DNA of 64,000 nt from Thecamonas trahens ATCC 50062 (taxonomy: Eukaryota; Protista; Apusomonadida): assembly GCF_000142905.1 (NCBI RefSeq), contig NW_013657665.1, positions 1-64,000 of the forward strand, written 5' to 3'. The notes under the pieces are model-generated. The model worked only from the letters and a program-made list of their open reading frames with translations, did no database searches and was not told the origin of the DNA. Position 1 is the stretch's first letter. Every line of letters starts with the position of its first letter. Made by a program: the position numbers and the translations under genes. Shown here in pieces: positions 34,817 to 48,000 of the stretch.

Positions 34817-36144
34817 ATGGAAGAGAGTAAGCTGCTTTGGTGGCCGGTAGGCGTCAACGGCGACCCAAGCCTCCACACAAGACCAGCCAGTCCTCGGGCG
34901 CCAGGTCTAGGAGGAGGTGCTGGCGGCGATGGTGGAAGTGCGGCAGGTCAGCGTTCGCAAAGCCTCGCGCCACGATCGTCTCGCGCTCGTAGGTCGACTG
35001 GTTGGGGAGCTGCCGTCCTTCAACGTGCTGCTCGGTTGCAGTCTGTGGGCAAGCATGATGCCAATGGAAAAATGGCCAGACAGTTGACGAGGCGGTACGA
35101 GTATCAAAGGATTCTGGAGGAAGGACTCGGCGCGACAAGAGCTGAGCGAAGGCCGGAACTGTTGGCTATGATCTATGGAAGAACGTCATCCAGCCGAAGT
35201 GGCAAGGGCAAGCGGAAGAAGAGCAAGGCTTCCCGGAAGAGGTCCAGGAGTGGTGCGGCGACTGCATCAAGGTCGATCTCGGGTGCGTCAGCCTTTTCGG
35301 CTGCTGCCATCAAAGCTGCTGCCGCTGCGACAGGCAGGGAAATGGAGACACCGCAGAGAGCGATTGCTAAGCCGCCCGATGGCGAGAAGATCCCATGGGC
35401 GACATCGCGGGTTTCAGACTCGTCGCCAGCGCGGGCGCGCTCGATGCCGCCGGCTGTCGTCCAGGCCGCAAACATCAACATGACCCACATCAAGGACGTG
35501 GTACCAGCCGATGAGTTCAAGGCATTTGTCGAGTTCCTGCAATGGCGCGAAGCTGGTGGAACGACGGCCGCGGTGTACATGGGCACGCCTGTGGCGATGC
35601 CTGCCGCGACCCGAGCGGCGGCGGCCGAAATGGCTGCTCAACCGAGCGGCGGCAGCGGCGGTGGCAGCGGTGAGGGTGCTGGCACTGGACCGCCTCAACT
35701 TGTCACCGCGAGCATTCCCTCCGCCGGTGCCGACGGAGGCGCCAGTGGCACACCCGATCCAAACGCTGCTCCGCCGCCGACAGCCAAGGCCGATCTGGCA
35801 GTCGACAGCTCTGCCAAGGCGGCAGCAGTACCCGCCCCTCAACCGGTCACACCGGTTGAGGAGGCCACCAACGACCACAAAGCCGACGAAGAGGAGGCTT
35901 CTAACACGCTCTTTGGCTATGAGGTCGAGATCACCGACCCGGAGCTCATTGCGCGAGCGAACGAACGCAAGGAACGGGCCGAGGCTCGCAAGGCGCGGCT
36001 CGACGAGCGTCGGGCGCGGAGTCTGGGTGGGCCGCCGATGGCGGGAGGGCCTGGCGGTGGTCCGCCGCCGCCGCCGCCGATGCCTGGTGCAGGTGGCGGG
36101 CCGCCGCCGCCGCCGCCGATGCCTGGTGCAGGTGGCGGGCCGCC

Positions 36145-36177
<33 letters not shown>

Positions 36178-37807
36178 TGGAGGATCCGGTGGTCCGCCGC
36201 CGCCTCCACCAATGCCCGGTTCCGGTGGACTCAAGGGTGCTGGCGGTACCAAGCCGAAGAAGAAAATGCGGGCGGTGCAGTGGAAGAAACTTCCGCCTCG
36301 TCTGGTCGGCCGGACAGTGTGGTACGAGATTAAGCCGGACGCGTTTGAGCTTGAGGCGAGCGACGTCGAAGAGTACTTTGGAGTCACCGAGGCCAAGAAG
36401 GCAAAGCCTGTGCAAGCCGCGGGCACTGCGTCCAAGGTTGTGTCGCTGCTAGAGGGCCGGCGGCCGATGAACATCGACATTGCGCTGCGGCGGATCAACA
36501 AGACGCCCGACCAGATCCGGGAGCTGCTGCTCGCGCCAGACCCGACGGTGCTGAAAAACGAGTTTCTGGCCGAGCTGCTCAAGATGCTCCCAACCGACTT
36601 GGAGCGGACCTTGTTCTCTGAGTATGAGGGCGAGGCGAGTGCGCTGAGCATCGCAGACCAATCGGTCATGGCGCTGATGTCAGTCCCCATGGTCGAGTCG
36701 CGGATTCGCAACTATATGGCCATTGACGAGTTTGACGAGGCCGCCATCGACATCACTGACTCACTGGCGACTGTCCAGCTGGCGTGCGACCAAGTTCTCG
36801 CCTCACGCGGCCTGCGGTCGCTCATGGGTGCTGTCCTGGTGGTCGGCAACTACTGCAACAAGGGCACGCCGCGTGGCGGCTCCAAGGGCTTTAAGTTTAG
36901 CTCGCTCGCCAAGATCATGACCACTCGCTCGGGCGTCTCGTCCAAGTTTACCCTCATGGACTATGCGGTGCGGCTGCTGCACTCGTCGGGCCTGGTAGAG
37001 GACGACTTCCCTTTGTCGGACAACGAGAGCGAGGCCGGTGAGGACGACACGGCCGGTGAGGCTGAGCAGGTTGAGATGGCTGGGGAGAGTACAAGTAGCG
37101 GGAAGCTGCCGCTGATGTGGCCGACGTCGGAGCTGTCGGCAGTCAAGGCTGCCGCGAGTGTCTCTGTGGCGCAGATCGAGAGCTACGTGGTGGAGCTGGC
37201 GAACAAGGCCGAGGTCATTTACAAGGAGTTTGAGACGCTGACGGATCCCGAGGCCGACGATGTGACGGCTGACGAGGCGTACACCAACTTTTTGGACTCG
37301 TTCCTCTCGCTGGCGCTAGAGCGGCTGAGCGACTTGTACGGCGCGCTCGACGAGGTCAAGGCTTCGTTTGACGAGGTGCTCGAGTTCATGGCCGGCGACC
37401 AGAAGCCGCTGCCGACGATCCAGGCCTTCTTCCAAGAGCTGACCGCCATCATCGATGCCTATGGTAAGGCCGAGTTCCAGTGGGTGAACGACCGGCCGCG
37501 GACAGCCAAGACTGGAGATTCGGTGTCGCGGGCAGCATCGCCGCTCACCGTCGCTGAACACAACTCCGAAGAGGTGAGCATGCGCAAGGCGCTACTGGCT
37601 GATCAGCTCAAGGCTCGCCGCGGGGGGATGAACAACACCGAGTCGTCGGACTGGGACGACGAGGATGACGGCGACGCCGCCGGTCGCGCCGAACCCGAGT
37701 CGGTCCGCGACGCTGTAGCGCACGCCATCGCCGCCGCCGCCGCCACGCTACCGAGCGCGTCGGGCTCGGCCGCCGGTGCCTCGTGGGAGTCGTCAGGCTA
37801 TGACTAG
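34817..37807 (+). CDS. Formin (FH1 polyproline + FH2)
   Basis: GGPPPPPPMPG repeats; KKKMRAVQWKKL..RTVW, VSLLEGRRPMNIDIAL, VLVVGNYCN and GFKFSSLAKI FH2 motifs. ATG at 34817. Confidence 0.92.
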
Positions 37808-37822
37808 GAGAAGTCAAGCGAG

Positions 37823-39478
37823 CTAGCTGGCTGCGCCGCCGCTGGCGGCGGCCTCGCAGAGCGCAACCGCCGTCTCCTTGGCTATGGCTTGGATGGCTTT
37901 GCGCTCGGCAGCGGTGAGCCAGCCGGTCTTGTAGTGGAGATCGCAGTGCGGTCGGCTGGTGACCTGGTTGACGATGTCGGCCACACCGGCGAGATGCATC
38001 AGGTCGGCGAGCTGGTACATGGGCTGGTGCGAGGGCGGCGGCGCGCGGAGCTCAGCCTCGGCGCGGAACCGCTGCAGCGCCTTCCACTCGTCGGGATGGA
38101 CGTCGGCGCGGACAATCTCTGTCTCGCCAGTGTTCTGGAACCGGGAAAGGACCCGGTCGCGGCCGTCCTTAAAGTGCGCGAGCGAGCGGTTGACCACAAG
38201 CCGTTCCGGGTGGGTCACGTTGCGGAGCCGGACGTCGACCGACTGCCACAGCACCGCCTCCTGGTGGGCGCGCGGATCGTAGTCGAGAAGGATGTAAAAG
38301 CCGCGCCACGGACCCTCGCTCGGAGTGTACGTCAGGTTGTACAGCGACTTGGAGAGGCCCGAGTGAGCGGCGCAGGGGATGCGGCCCTGCAGCGCTGTCC
38401 GCGACCAGATCGGCCGCTCTTCAAAGAGGCGGGTGACAAAGGCGGTGACGTCGGCCAGGCCGGGCTTAACCAGCGGGAGCGGGACAAGTGGAACGTGTGG
38501 TGCCGACATCTTGATGTGGTGTGACCGGGAGAGAAGCATGCGAGTCGCTTTGCTCGTTGCAGCCATCCGCGCCGGCCGACCTCCGCTGTCCGATCCCGGT
38601 ACTTTGGTCCACAGCACCGGCTCGTCGCGCTCACGCTCACGCTCCTTGCGGGATGCATGCGAGATCGGGAGAGAGCGGCTGATGCAGCTGGTGTCTGGCG
38701 CAAGGCTGAACGGCGGCATGGCCCAATCTGCAGTCTGCAGTCCAGCACCGCTGCCATCGTCCGAGTACTCGTCATCGCACTCGGATCCGCCGCAACTCTC
38801 ATCCGAAGTCACCGAGTCGTCCACAATCCGGCGACTTCCGCCCGCAATTCCACGCGCCCGCTTTTCACCGGCACCCAGCGGTGCTGACCGCTTGAACGCC
38901 TGGCCTGGGAGACTCGACCTCGCCTCTGCCGCCAGGCGATGGTCGTCGTAGCTCTGCGAGCGGAAGAAGTCCGCCATCGTGCCCGGTGCGCGGGCGTACT
39001 TGACTACGACTCTTCCCAGGGTGGTCGGGCGTGTGGCAGAACTATTCTCACTGGCTCGGAAAACACGAGATGGAACAGAGACAGCAAAGGTGGCGTCTGC
39101 CGGAGCGAGCGAGATGAGCGGCACGCCAGCCCAGTCATCAGCGCCAAGTCGTGCATGAATGACGGCAGGTTCCAGAGACTCAACTTGCTGGGCACTCGGC
39201 AGTCGCTCTACGAGCAATTGATCGGCAGTCTCGCCATTGTCATCATTCTCAGGAAAGGTGAGCGGAAAGGTGATCGAGACAAGCGGAGGGAGTGTGTGAG
39301 CCGATGCGACGAGAGGCGATGACATGGTGGTCACGGTCTCGGCCGTCGTTGTCGCCGTCGTGGCCGAGTTGGTCATGATGAGTGGAGGAGACGACGGCGG
39401 GGATGGTGGCGTTGGTGGTCTTGGAGGTGGTGATGACTTGGGTGTGCCAAAGGTGCCAATGGGGACGGTGGTGGACAT
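37823..39478 (-). CDS. GTF3C5: RNA polymerase III transcription factor TFIIIC subunit tau95/GTF3C5-like
   Basis: MADF, LFEERPIWSR.AL, Y...GPWR..I...YDPR and QSVDVR motifs. Start codon uncertain. Confidence 0.8.
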   Translation of the reverse strand: MSTTVPIGTFGTPKSSPPPRPPTPPSPPSSPPLIMTNSATTATTTAETVTTMSSPLVASAHTLPPLVSITFPLTFPENDDNGETADQLLVERLPSAQQVESLEPAVIHARLGADDWAGVPLISLAPADATFAVSVPSRVFRASENSSATRPTTLGRVVVKYARAPGTMADFFRSQSYDDHRLAAEARSSLPGQAFKRSAPLGAGEKRARGIAGGSRRIVDDSVTSDESCGGSECDDEYSDDGSGAGLQTADWAMPPFSLAPDTSCISRSLPISHASRKERERERDEPVLWTKVPGSDSGGRPARMAATSKATRMLLSRSHHIKMSAPHVPLVPLPLVKPGLADVTAFVTRLFEERPIWSRTALQGRIPCAAHSGLSKSLYNLTYTPSEGPWRGFYILLDYDPRAHQEAVLWQSVDVRLRNVTHPERLVVNRSLAHFKDGRDRVLSRFQNTGETEIVRADVHPDEWKALQRFRAEAELRAPPPSHQPMYQLADLMHLAGVADIVNQVTSRPHCDLHYKTGWLTAAERKAIQAIAKETAVALCEAAASGGAAS

Positions 39479-39631
39479 GGAGGGTGGGTGTGGGAGTGGG
39501 GTGGGGGTGGCGGTGACAGGCGGGGAAGCCGGCTGGAGACGGCGGCCAGTGTTGGGCGCCAGACGATGGGAAGGAATGGATGGGAAGTGGTTCAGAAAAT
39601 GGATGCATGAGTTCAAGAAGGGTAGCGCTGG

Positions 39632-41080
39632 TTAGAGCGTGGGGTCGATGCCGGCAAATGAGAGCGTGGCGGCAACGATGGCGCGGCAGGCGGTAGCGAG
39701 CTCGCCGTCAATGTCAAAGCCGGGACGGTCAACAACGTCGCCCTGGTTGTGGTACATGGGGTCAAGGATCGGCCCGCAGTTCTCAAACACGCCAGTGGCG
39801 AGGTAGCCCTGTCCGTTGAACGAGGCGTGGTCTGAGCAGCATGCTGGTGAAAAGCAGGTGCGGAGCGACGGCTCGTAGAGCTCCATGATGGCAAAGAGCG
39901 CGTCGTTGAGAAGGGTCGACGAGTCGCGCTCCATGAGCGCCAGCTGGACGGCGTTGGCTGACGGCCGATAGGCGACCATATCCGAGTTGATGTACGCAAT
40001 GATGTCGAGGTCGGCGTCGCGGCACTTTTTGGCGTACGCCTTGGAGCCGAGCAGACCTTGCTCCTCGCCGGCCCAGAAGCCAATGCGGACGGTGTAGTCA
40101 TAGTTGACGCCCGAGGTGGCGAGCACGCGCGCGAGCTCGAGCATCGACGCCGTGCCAGACCCGTTGTCGTCGGCACCCGGGGCCGGGTTGGTCTTGGAGT
40201 AAAGATCCTTTGACCGCGAGTCGTAGTGCGCGCCGACAACCACCGAGGTCGTCTCGAACCGCCCAGGCAGGGTGCCGATGACGTTGGGCGCGTAGCCCGA
40301 CTTGAAGTGCTGGACCTCAACATCGTAGCCGAGCGTCTCGAGCTGGGTCCGCAGCCAGGTCGCGGCCTCCTCAGCCCCGAGCGAGAGCGAGTTGCGTGTC
40401 GTGATCGACGACGTCACCCCGGTGATGTACTCGAGCGTTGACCTGATGTTGGTCGGCGAGACACGCGCGGCGAGCGTAGAAATGATCGGGTTGGGGTTCT
40501 GCAGCGCGCGGACAGTATCGCGAATCCGCGCCACTCGCGCGGTCGCGTTGGCCGAGACCGCCACCAGCGGCTGTGCCGGCATCGGCAGCAGATGCGCGTC
40601 GACGTCAGCCGCGCCGATCTTGGCGGCAAAGTCCTCGTACGCCTCAACCGGCATGTCATACACAACGTTCGGCCCCCGAGCGTAGATTTCCTTCACGCCG
40701 ACAGCCTTCCGCACGCGATGGGCCCAGCTGCGATGATCACCAGTAGAAGACAGCTGCATCTGCTCGAGGACAACAAGGAGACGACGCGGCTCAGGTGCAA
40801 GGTAGAGCGAGGGCGAGTTGGAGAGAATAATGGCGTTCGAAGGAAGGAACGAACCGCCGGTACCAGCAGCAACAGACAAAGACAAAGACGACGACGCAAG
40901 TGCAAATCCAGGCAGAGATGCATGGATGTCAAGCTTCGGCAGTGTCATGCTCAGCGTGTCGACGGTCGGAGGGAGCGAGGAGATGGCATGCGGGATGGCA
41001 GCGAGGAACTGTCCATGGGCACAGCAAGCCATGAGAGAGACCATGACCATAGCCATGGTCATGACAACAAGTACATGCAT
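39632..41080 (-). CDS. Secreted M28 family aminopeptidase
   Basis: Signal peptide; VVVGAHYDS, PGADDNGSG, GEEQGLLGS, NSDM, SDHASF and YH..GD motifs. Confidence 0.9.
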   Translation of the reverse strand: MHVLVVMTMAMVMVSLMACCAHGQFLAAIPHAISSLPPTVDTLSMTLPKLDIHASLPGFALASSSLSLSVAAGTGGSFLPSNAIILSNSPSLYLAPEPRRLLVVLEQMQLSSTGDHRSWAHRVRKAVGVKEIYARGPNVVYDMPVEAYEDFAAKIGAADVDAHLLPMPAQPLVAVSANATARVARIRDTVRALQNPNPIISTLAARVSPTNIRSTLEYITGVTSSITTRNSLSLGAEEAATWLRTQLETLGYDVEVQHFKSGYAPNVIGTLPGRFETTSVVVGAHYDSRSKDLYSKTNPAPGADDNGSGTASMLELARVLATSGVNYDYTVRIGFWAGEEQGLLGSKAYAKKCRDADLDIIAYINSDMVAYRPSANAVQLALMERDSSTLLNDALFAIMELYEPSLRTCFSPACCSDHASFNGQGYLATGVFENCGPILDPMYHNQGDVVDRPGFDIDGELATACRAIVAATLSFAGIDPTL

Positions 41081-41364
41081 GTTAGAAAGTGGACAAAGAG
41101 TGTGCGTGTCAAGTAGCTATTTCTATCACCGTCTCGGTCGTTGTCTCCGTCTCGCCATCGCCTTCCGTCCGCGTGACTTGCGGCTCGACTCGGCCGAGTC
41201 ACTCGCCAGTGCGGCACGGCGTTGGGAACTCGACGCAACACAGATCGGCTCGCGCGGCTCGGCTCGGCTTCATTTTAGCTGTGAATGACACAGGCTGGTG
41301 TACTCCCGACACGATTGGTTCTAATGATGTTGATGTTGCCGATGTGTGGCGAGGAAACGTATCA

Positions 41365-41476
41365 GATGCAGATGATGCTGATGCTGATGCTGATGCTGAT
41401 GCTGATGCTGATGCTGATGCTGATGCTGATGCTGATGCTGATGCAGATGCAGATGCAGATGCTGATGCTGATGCTG
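41365..41476. repeat. (GATGCT)n hexamer microsatellite
   Basis: Directly visible tandem GATGCT/GATGCA units in the intergenic region. Confidence 0.95.
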
Positions 41477-41975
41477 TAAGGGAGTTCGCTGACTGGCGCA
41501 TCGAACGTGCTCACCATTCCTGACCGGCTATCGCATCACCACCCACCTCAACATCCGCCGCCACTCTGTTAATCGCCAGCTCCCAACTCGTTCTCGCCAC
41601 TTGAGCTCTTCATCCAGCTGATCGGCGACCCATCATCATCCCGCCCGACTGACCCTTGGCCATTTGGCGCGACCTCGTCACACTCGTCGCCCCCGCCTCG
41701 GACAACCATGTCGGCACGAAAGAGTGGACGGGGCGAAGAGACACACGTAGACATGCAGGCTTACTCGAGCTACTTTCGTGAGTACTCGCTGTTGATCGAG
41801 TTGTATGTATGGGGGGAGGAGGGGGGAGGGGGAGGGGGGGAGGTTGGGGACGGGCGGGGCGGGGANNNNNNNNNNNNNNNNNNNNNNNNNNNNNNNNNNN
41901 NNNNNNNNNNNNNNNNNNNNNNNNNNNNNNNNNNNNNNNNNNNNNNNNNNNNNNNNNNNNNNNNNTCCCCCTCCA

Positions 41976-42019
<44 letters not shown>

Positions 42020-42074
42020 GCACTTTATCGCCACTACCACCTCCTCATCCTCGTCCAACGCTCGGACAACCGAC

Positions 42075-45000
42075 ATGGCGCTTTCCTCGTTCGTCTCGGT
42101 TGACTTTGGGTCGCGGTCGGGCACGGACAGCGAGGACTCGGCGGGGAACGGCTCGCACTCATCCTCGTCAGCGTCGTCGTCGTCCTCGTCGTCGTCGTCG
42201 TGGCACAGTTCGGCTTACCCATACTCGTCCAAACCGCCAGCCGACGTTTCCTGCATGGCATACTCAGACACCACTGCAAGCTCGCTCACTGCTTCGATCA
42301 GCCTCACCAACTCCATTCCGCTCGGCATGCCCGTCATTGTCGACGACGGTCTGGCCTTGTCAAGCCCAGGCATGTTTGTTCCTCTCACCGATCTGGCTCT
42401 CCATTCGGACTCGGACTCGGATTGGGAGACTCATCTGGCCCCGGTAGCGTCCCGTGTCATCCGGTCTGCTCCCCACTTGATGTCACCTCGGTCCTCCGTC
42501 GACGACGAGTCGTCTCTTGCCGGCAGTGGCGACTCGATGCATGGCACCCCTGCCATTCGTTGGGACCATTTCGATTCCGTTGCGGAAATTGCCCGTGGCG
42601 CCCATGGCGTCGTCTACCGTGGAAAGCTCTGTGGAAGCGAGTATGCCATCAAGCTTGCCGACAATCGCTCGAGTCACAACGCCAGCGACTTGCTGAGCGA
42701 AGTCCGTGTCCTCAATGCAGTCCGACACAGGTTTGTGCTCTCAATCGTCGGCCTCTGTATCAAGGACGACGACGCCGTGCCGCGCCTCGGGATGGTCACC
42801 GAGTATGCAAACTCTGGCACGCTCCAGAGCTACATCTGCGCCGTTCGTGCCGGATCTTCGCCCGCCGCTCCGCGGACTGAGCTTCTTTGGCTCTCCCAAA
42901 TCGCCTCCGGCCTTGCGCAGATCCACGCCTCAGCCCTTGTCCACCTCGACATCAAGCCCGACAACATCTTCCTTGTCGCCGCCGAGCACGCTATCGAAGT
43001 TCGCATCGGTGACTTTGGCTCCGCCGTCGACCTTGTCGCCGCTCTTCCGCAGCTGGGCATGGCTTCAGAGCTAGCCTCGCCAGGCTATGTCTCCGCCTCG
43101 CTCTCTTACTGTGCTCCCGAGGTCTTCATGGACCTCTCCTCACTCACTCCCGCCGCCGACGTCTTCTCGCTTGCCATCGTCGGCTTTGAGCTGGTCTCAA
43201 AGGCAACAGGTCTCGAATACCGCGCTCGCCGCGAGAACATCTATGTCATGCCAGACTGGAGCCTCATCGACGCTGTCAAGCTCCCGTGCTCCCAAGCTGT
43301 TGCCTCACTCCTCCGCGCCTGTGCTGCCACAGAGCCGGCCTCTCGCCCCTCGGCTCTCTCTGCCGCATCGTCGATCTCGGACATCTACAACGACTCGCTC
43401 TCTTCCATCATCGCTGAACTCGCACCCTCGACGTCCGACGCCGTCTGGGCTCTTCGCCCGCAGGTCGCATCTGGCATCGTGTCCTTTCCTCGCCGCATGT
43501 CACCCTGGCTGACCTGGCTCACACGCTCAATGCCTATGGACATCGTGTTGTTGCGCCATGGGCAGGCACGTTTACACCAGATGGCCTTGCGGCTGCTCTC
43601 GGTCTCGAGCCGCACGCACCTGTTCCGCTCGCTGCCTTTGAGGCTGCCACCCGCATGGCTGATCTCGGCGGCCTGGCTGCTGCCGCAGCTTCGGCCCTCG
43701 CCTCCTCGGTCTTTGTTGGCGAGGACTTTACTCCCAGAGCAGTCGTCGCTATCGCCGCTGGCACCGATGCCGCCGTGGCTTCGCCGCCGCCGCCGTCGCT
43801 GGCCACCTCGGTCCGCGCCCTGGCTCGCATCGTCGCAACTTCTGAGGCACCCACCCCACACCTCGTCTATGCACACACTGTGGCCGAGTCGCGTGGGCCT
43901 CGCCCGCTTCCGGTCGCTCTGCTGGACCACGTCATGGCCACTTTGTCGCCCGAGGATACTTCTGCTCTTGCTCTCGACGTCGCTCCATTCTTGATCTCTG
44001 CGTTTACTTGCGCCCGGCCGGGCGAGACCCTCGCTGGCCTCTTCCATACTGTAGCCACCCACCTCGAGCCCGAGTCCGCCTCTGCCCTTGTATCTGCCCT
44101 CGATGACTCTATCACTACCGCCAAGTATGGTGCTGACGTTGATGGTCTTGCCTCGCTTCTTCGTCTTGTCGTACAAGACTTTGGCGACGAGGTTGAAGAC
44201 TCAATCAGGGTCGCAACGCCACCGCCGCCGACCTCAGTCCATCATCTTGCTCGACCTCTTCGGTTCTTTGCCCGTGCCCTTCGACATCTTCTCCTCGAGT
44301 CATCCGATGATCTCGTGGCCGAACTCGCAGGCGTCGTCGGCTCGCGCGATGACCTTGCCGAACTAATCTCGTCTGTCGCGCTTGCTGTTGCCATCGAGCT
44401 TGGTCCGCAGCTTGTCGCTCTCGCCTCGACCACGCCTACAGCCCGCGAGGCGCTGCCCCTGTCATGGCGCCGTCACCTGCACGCACGGTTTGCCAGCGAC
44501 CTGCCCGAGCCGGCCGAGCCTACATGTCACCTGCACTTGGCAGCGTCTGCCCACGCTGCAGCCTTCCGCGCCACTGCTTCTCGCCTCAAACCCGCGGCTG
44601 GCGACGGCAATCTCGAAGCGGTCGTTGCCGCCCTTGTCGCCGCTCTTGTCGACACACCGCTGCCCTCTCTCGGTGGTTGTGGCATGCCACCTGTAGATGT
44701 TGGCGTGAGTGCGCTCCAGCATGCAGCGCCCTTGGTCGTCGAGATCGCAGCAGTAGCCAAGGCGTCACTGGCGTCGCCACCTGCACCGGTTCTCGATGCC
44801 CACATGTACGCGCTCGAAATGGCATGGCTCGACTCGGTCGTGCCGAGCTCACTCGCGCACTCCACGCTTCTGGGCCAGCTTGCCGCCACCGAACCGAACC
44901 CAAGTGCCCTCGACAACGTCCTCGCCGCCGCCGATATTTTTGCTGCCGGGCAGGCGCCAGTCCGCGCGCTCTCGCTCTACCTCGAAGCCGCGGCCTTCCT

Positions 45001-48000
45001 TCGCTCCACACCGGCGCGTGAATCCCTGCTCGACTCGCGTCCCGGTATCGAGGCTGCCCTCAACATGCAAGTAGTGACTCTGGCCCGGGTTGTTACCTCG
45101 CACTCGTGGCTGCGCTGCGAGTCGTTCACGCCCTTTGCCGCCGCTGCCCTGCCAGTCGCGCGTTGGCGAGCCGCGCTCGCTCACGCACGGGGCAACGCCG
45201 TCGCTGGTGTCCTCCGCGCCGCAGTCTTTGACGATGCCGACACCGACGCCGACGCCGACGCCGACGAAACCTTGCACCTCCGCAATTTTGAGGCCAAGCC
45301 GCTCGCTACCGCGCTCCACAACTTCCACATCGCCGTCGTCGCCATTTTTGGCGACATTGTCCGTGCAAGCCTGCGGGCGCTGGGCCCGCCGCCTACTCAC
45401 TTTGCGCTGTTCTCACTCGGCTCGCTCGCACACGGCGTGCCTGCCCTCTTCGACACGCTCAAGTTTGCTTGCGTCGTTGATGCAGACGAGCTGGGCACTG
45501 CCGAGTACTTTGAGGTCTTTATCAAGTACCTCGAGCTCAAGGTTGCCCAGCTCGGCGAAGTCGCTACTACATTCAGCGACAGGCCTGGATTCTCCCTTGA
45601 TACCCAGGGCATGATCCCGTTTGGAAGCGCGTCGCCGATCTCGCTCTTTGGTACCCCCGAGACCCTTGCCGCCGCCATGACCGCCGCCGGCGAGCAGCTG
45701 TCTGTAGGCCTTGCTGAGTTGATCACCTCGCCATCGCTGCTATTTAGCTCGACCGTAAGCTCGGGTGAGCAGCTTCTCGCCCGATACTATGCTGCGCTTG
45801 ATGCGCGACTCTCCGAGATGGTTGTCGACGACTCGGGTGGAAGCCTGGTGAGCCTCGCCAGCAAGCTCGGCCTCAAGATGGTCGTCGAGGCAGCCACCAG
45901 TGCCAGACTCGCACCGCTCCTCCCGCACAACCCCGACTTTAGCGTCACGACGCACCTCGCCTTGGTTCCTCGGCTGGTCTTTGTTGGCATGTCGACCTAC
46001 ACCGCCCGCCATGCACCAGGAGACCTCGTCCGCCGCGCCGCCATGCTCACCGACGAGCATATTATTGCCCGCGAGGCCGTCAACCTCGCTCTCTTCCAGA
46101 TGCACTCTGCTGCCGCGCTCCGCCTCCTCATCCAAGCCAGCTCGAGGTCGGCTCAGGACGCCTTTCCGCGCTCCGGCCTCGTTGCCGTTGCGGGCAAGAC
46201 ACTCCAGCTGAGCCCGGTTGCTACTCGGCTGTTCTACATGTCGGCCCAGCCGCTGGTCGCCACCTTCCAGGCCGGCCATGCCGGGCCGCTTCCTTGTGGC
46301 CGCTCGGTCGGCCTGCTGTTTGACGCCGGCTTCACCCGCGCGTTAGGTGCCGATATTCTTGCGCTCGCCGGCGCGCTCGCCTTGCTCCCGGACGCTGATC
46401 GCGCTGACATTCTCCCGACCGACCCCAACATGGCAGCTACTCTCAACTCGCTGCTCATGCTCACGTCGCACGCGCATATCGAGACCGCTGTGGTCGATGC
46501 GGGTGCAGATGAGCGAGCTGATCTGAAAGCTTCGCTGGCATGTGTGGAGCGGAACGCTGGAAGCCGCTGGCACGAGGTTGCTACGCTTGCAGCCACTGTT
46601 GCTCAGCGGGTAGTCGACGTCGAGGAGGCCGGAGACCGCCTGCCGTCGGTCTGGTCGGTCCAGGGCGTCGGTCCTCTGTGCGCGCCGGCGTGCGGCTGGA
46701 GAGGTGCAAGCCACGTGCCGCTCAGGCCAGTCAGCCTCGACGAGCTTTGTGACCTGCACTGGGGCCGGGTCGCCTCTGAACGGGTTCTTGCCTCGGTCCT
46801 CTTTGGCGCCCGCTTCCCGCGCCCAGTCCTCCTCGCCTCGTGCGGTGCTCAACTCGAGCTCATGCTCCTGATGAAGGAGAGCTACGATGCGACCGAGCGC
46901 GTTGTTCTCTCGTGCTTGCTCGAAGCTGCGCCGGACGGGCCGTCGCTGCTCTTTGACGGCAGGCGCGACATGTACAGCTTTGACGCCTGGGCTGCTACCG
47001 TGAGTGACACCGCCGCTGTCGACGAGGAAGTCCTCAACGCTGTCCTCCACTCGTGTGCTTACGTGGCGCGGAGCATGGGCGACGACGGCGGCGGCCTGCT
47101 GCGATCGTCGACCAACTTTCTCGGCGCCTACATTGACGCCGCCATCGAACTCAACGACTCGTACGTCTCGCTCGGCCTCAGTGACAATAGTCTTGCCGAG
47201 CGGTACCCAATGCTGCGACTCGAGTTTTCACAACGTGGTCTCGAGCGTCTATCGACAACCCTTCTTGCACTGCGCGAGGCAGTTCACTCGCCACACCCAA
47301 CCCTCCGCAGCCTTGTCGAGGCTTTTCGCAAAGTCATGGACGGCGTCGCCGGATCTGTGCCCAATTCGGACCCTGTCCGCGAGGCATGTCGGCTCGTCCC
47401 GGTCGACCCGATGGCGGTTGCCCGCGGCGACACGCCTGCCGCCAATGTGGACAGGCTCCTGCACCCTGCGCAAGTCCTCAAGATTCTCAACAACCTCAGC
47501 CAGCTGCCGGCCGATGTTGATGAGCAGGAAGTGCTCGACGCGTGTGTTGCTCGCGTAGTTCGTGCGCCGATCCCACGACACGCCGGCCTCTTTGTCCTCA
47601 ACCTCGACGGGCTTGCCGCACTCGACGACACCGCGCTTTGTTCCATTATCTGCGCCAGTCCAGGCCTGGCTGTTGTCTCCGCCGCCAACTGCCCAGCGCT
47701 CCGCGACGTCGACGCCATTCTGGCTGCAACCGCCGAATCGGCCATCGTGGCAATGGCTCTTTCTCACAGCAAGGCCAGTCAAGCCAGCTGCTGGACTTAC
47801 ACCGGTAGCTCTTCGCGGTCTGATTGGGGCTCCCGCCTCGCTCTTGTAGCGATCGACGACGAGACCGTTGTCGACCGCATCGGGTTCCGTGACGCGTGCT
47901 CACTCACCGACATGGCTCTCGCGCTGGCCAACACTTGGGTTCCCGTCCACGCTCGCTCTCGCGCGGATGGCCTCGCCGCTAGTGAGACTACTTTCAGCAC

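Noticed and set aside
5857-39478. Putative RNA-metabolism cluster (DUS1, QNG1-like, DcpS, SmE, TFIIIC)
   Set aside because: Genes are dispersed among unrelated ones; consistent with chance in a compact genome.
41285-41523. ORFs with DADADA, MLMLML or SASASA repeats
   Set aside because: Translations of the GATGCT microsatellite; no other coding evidence.
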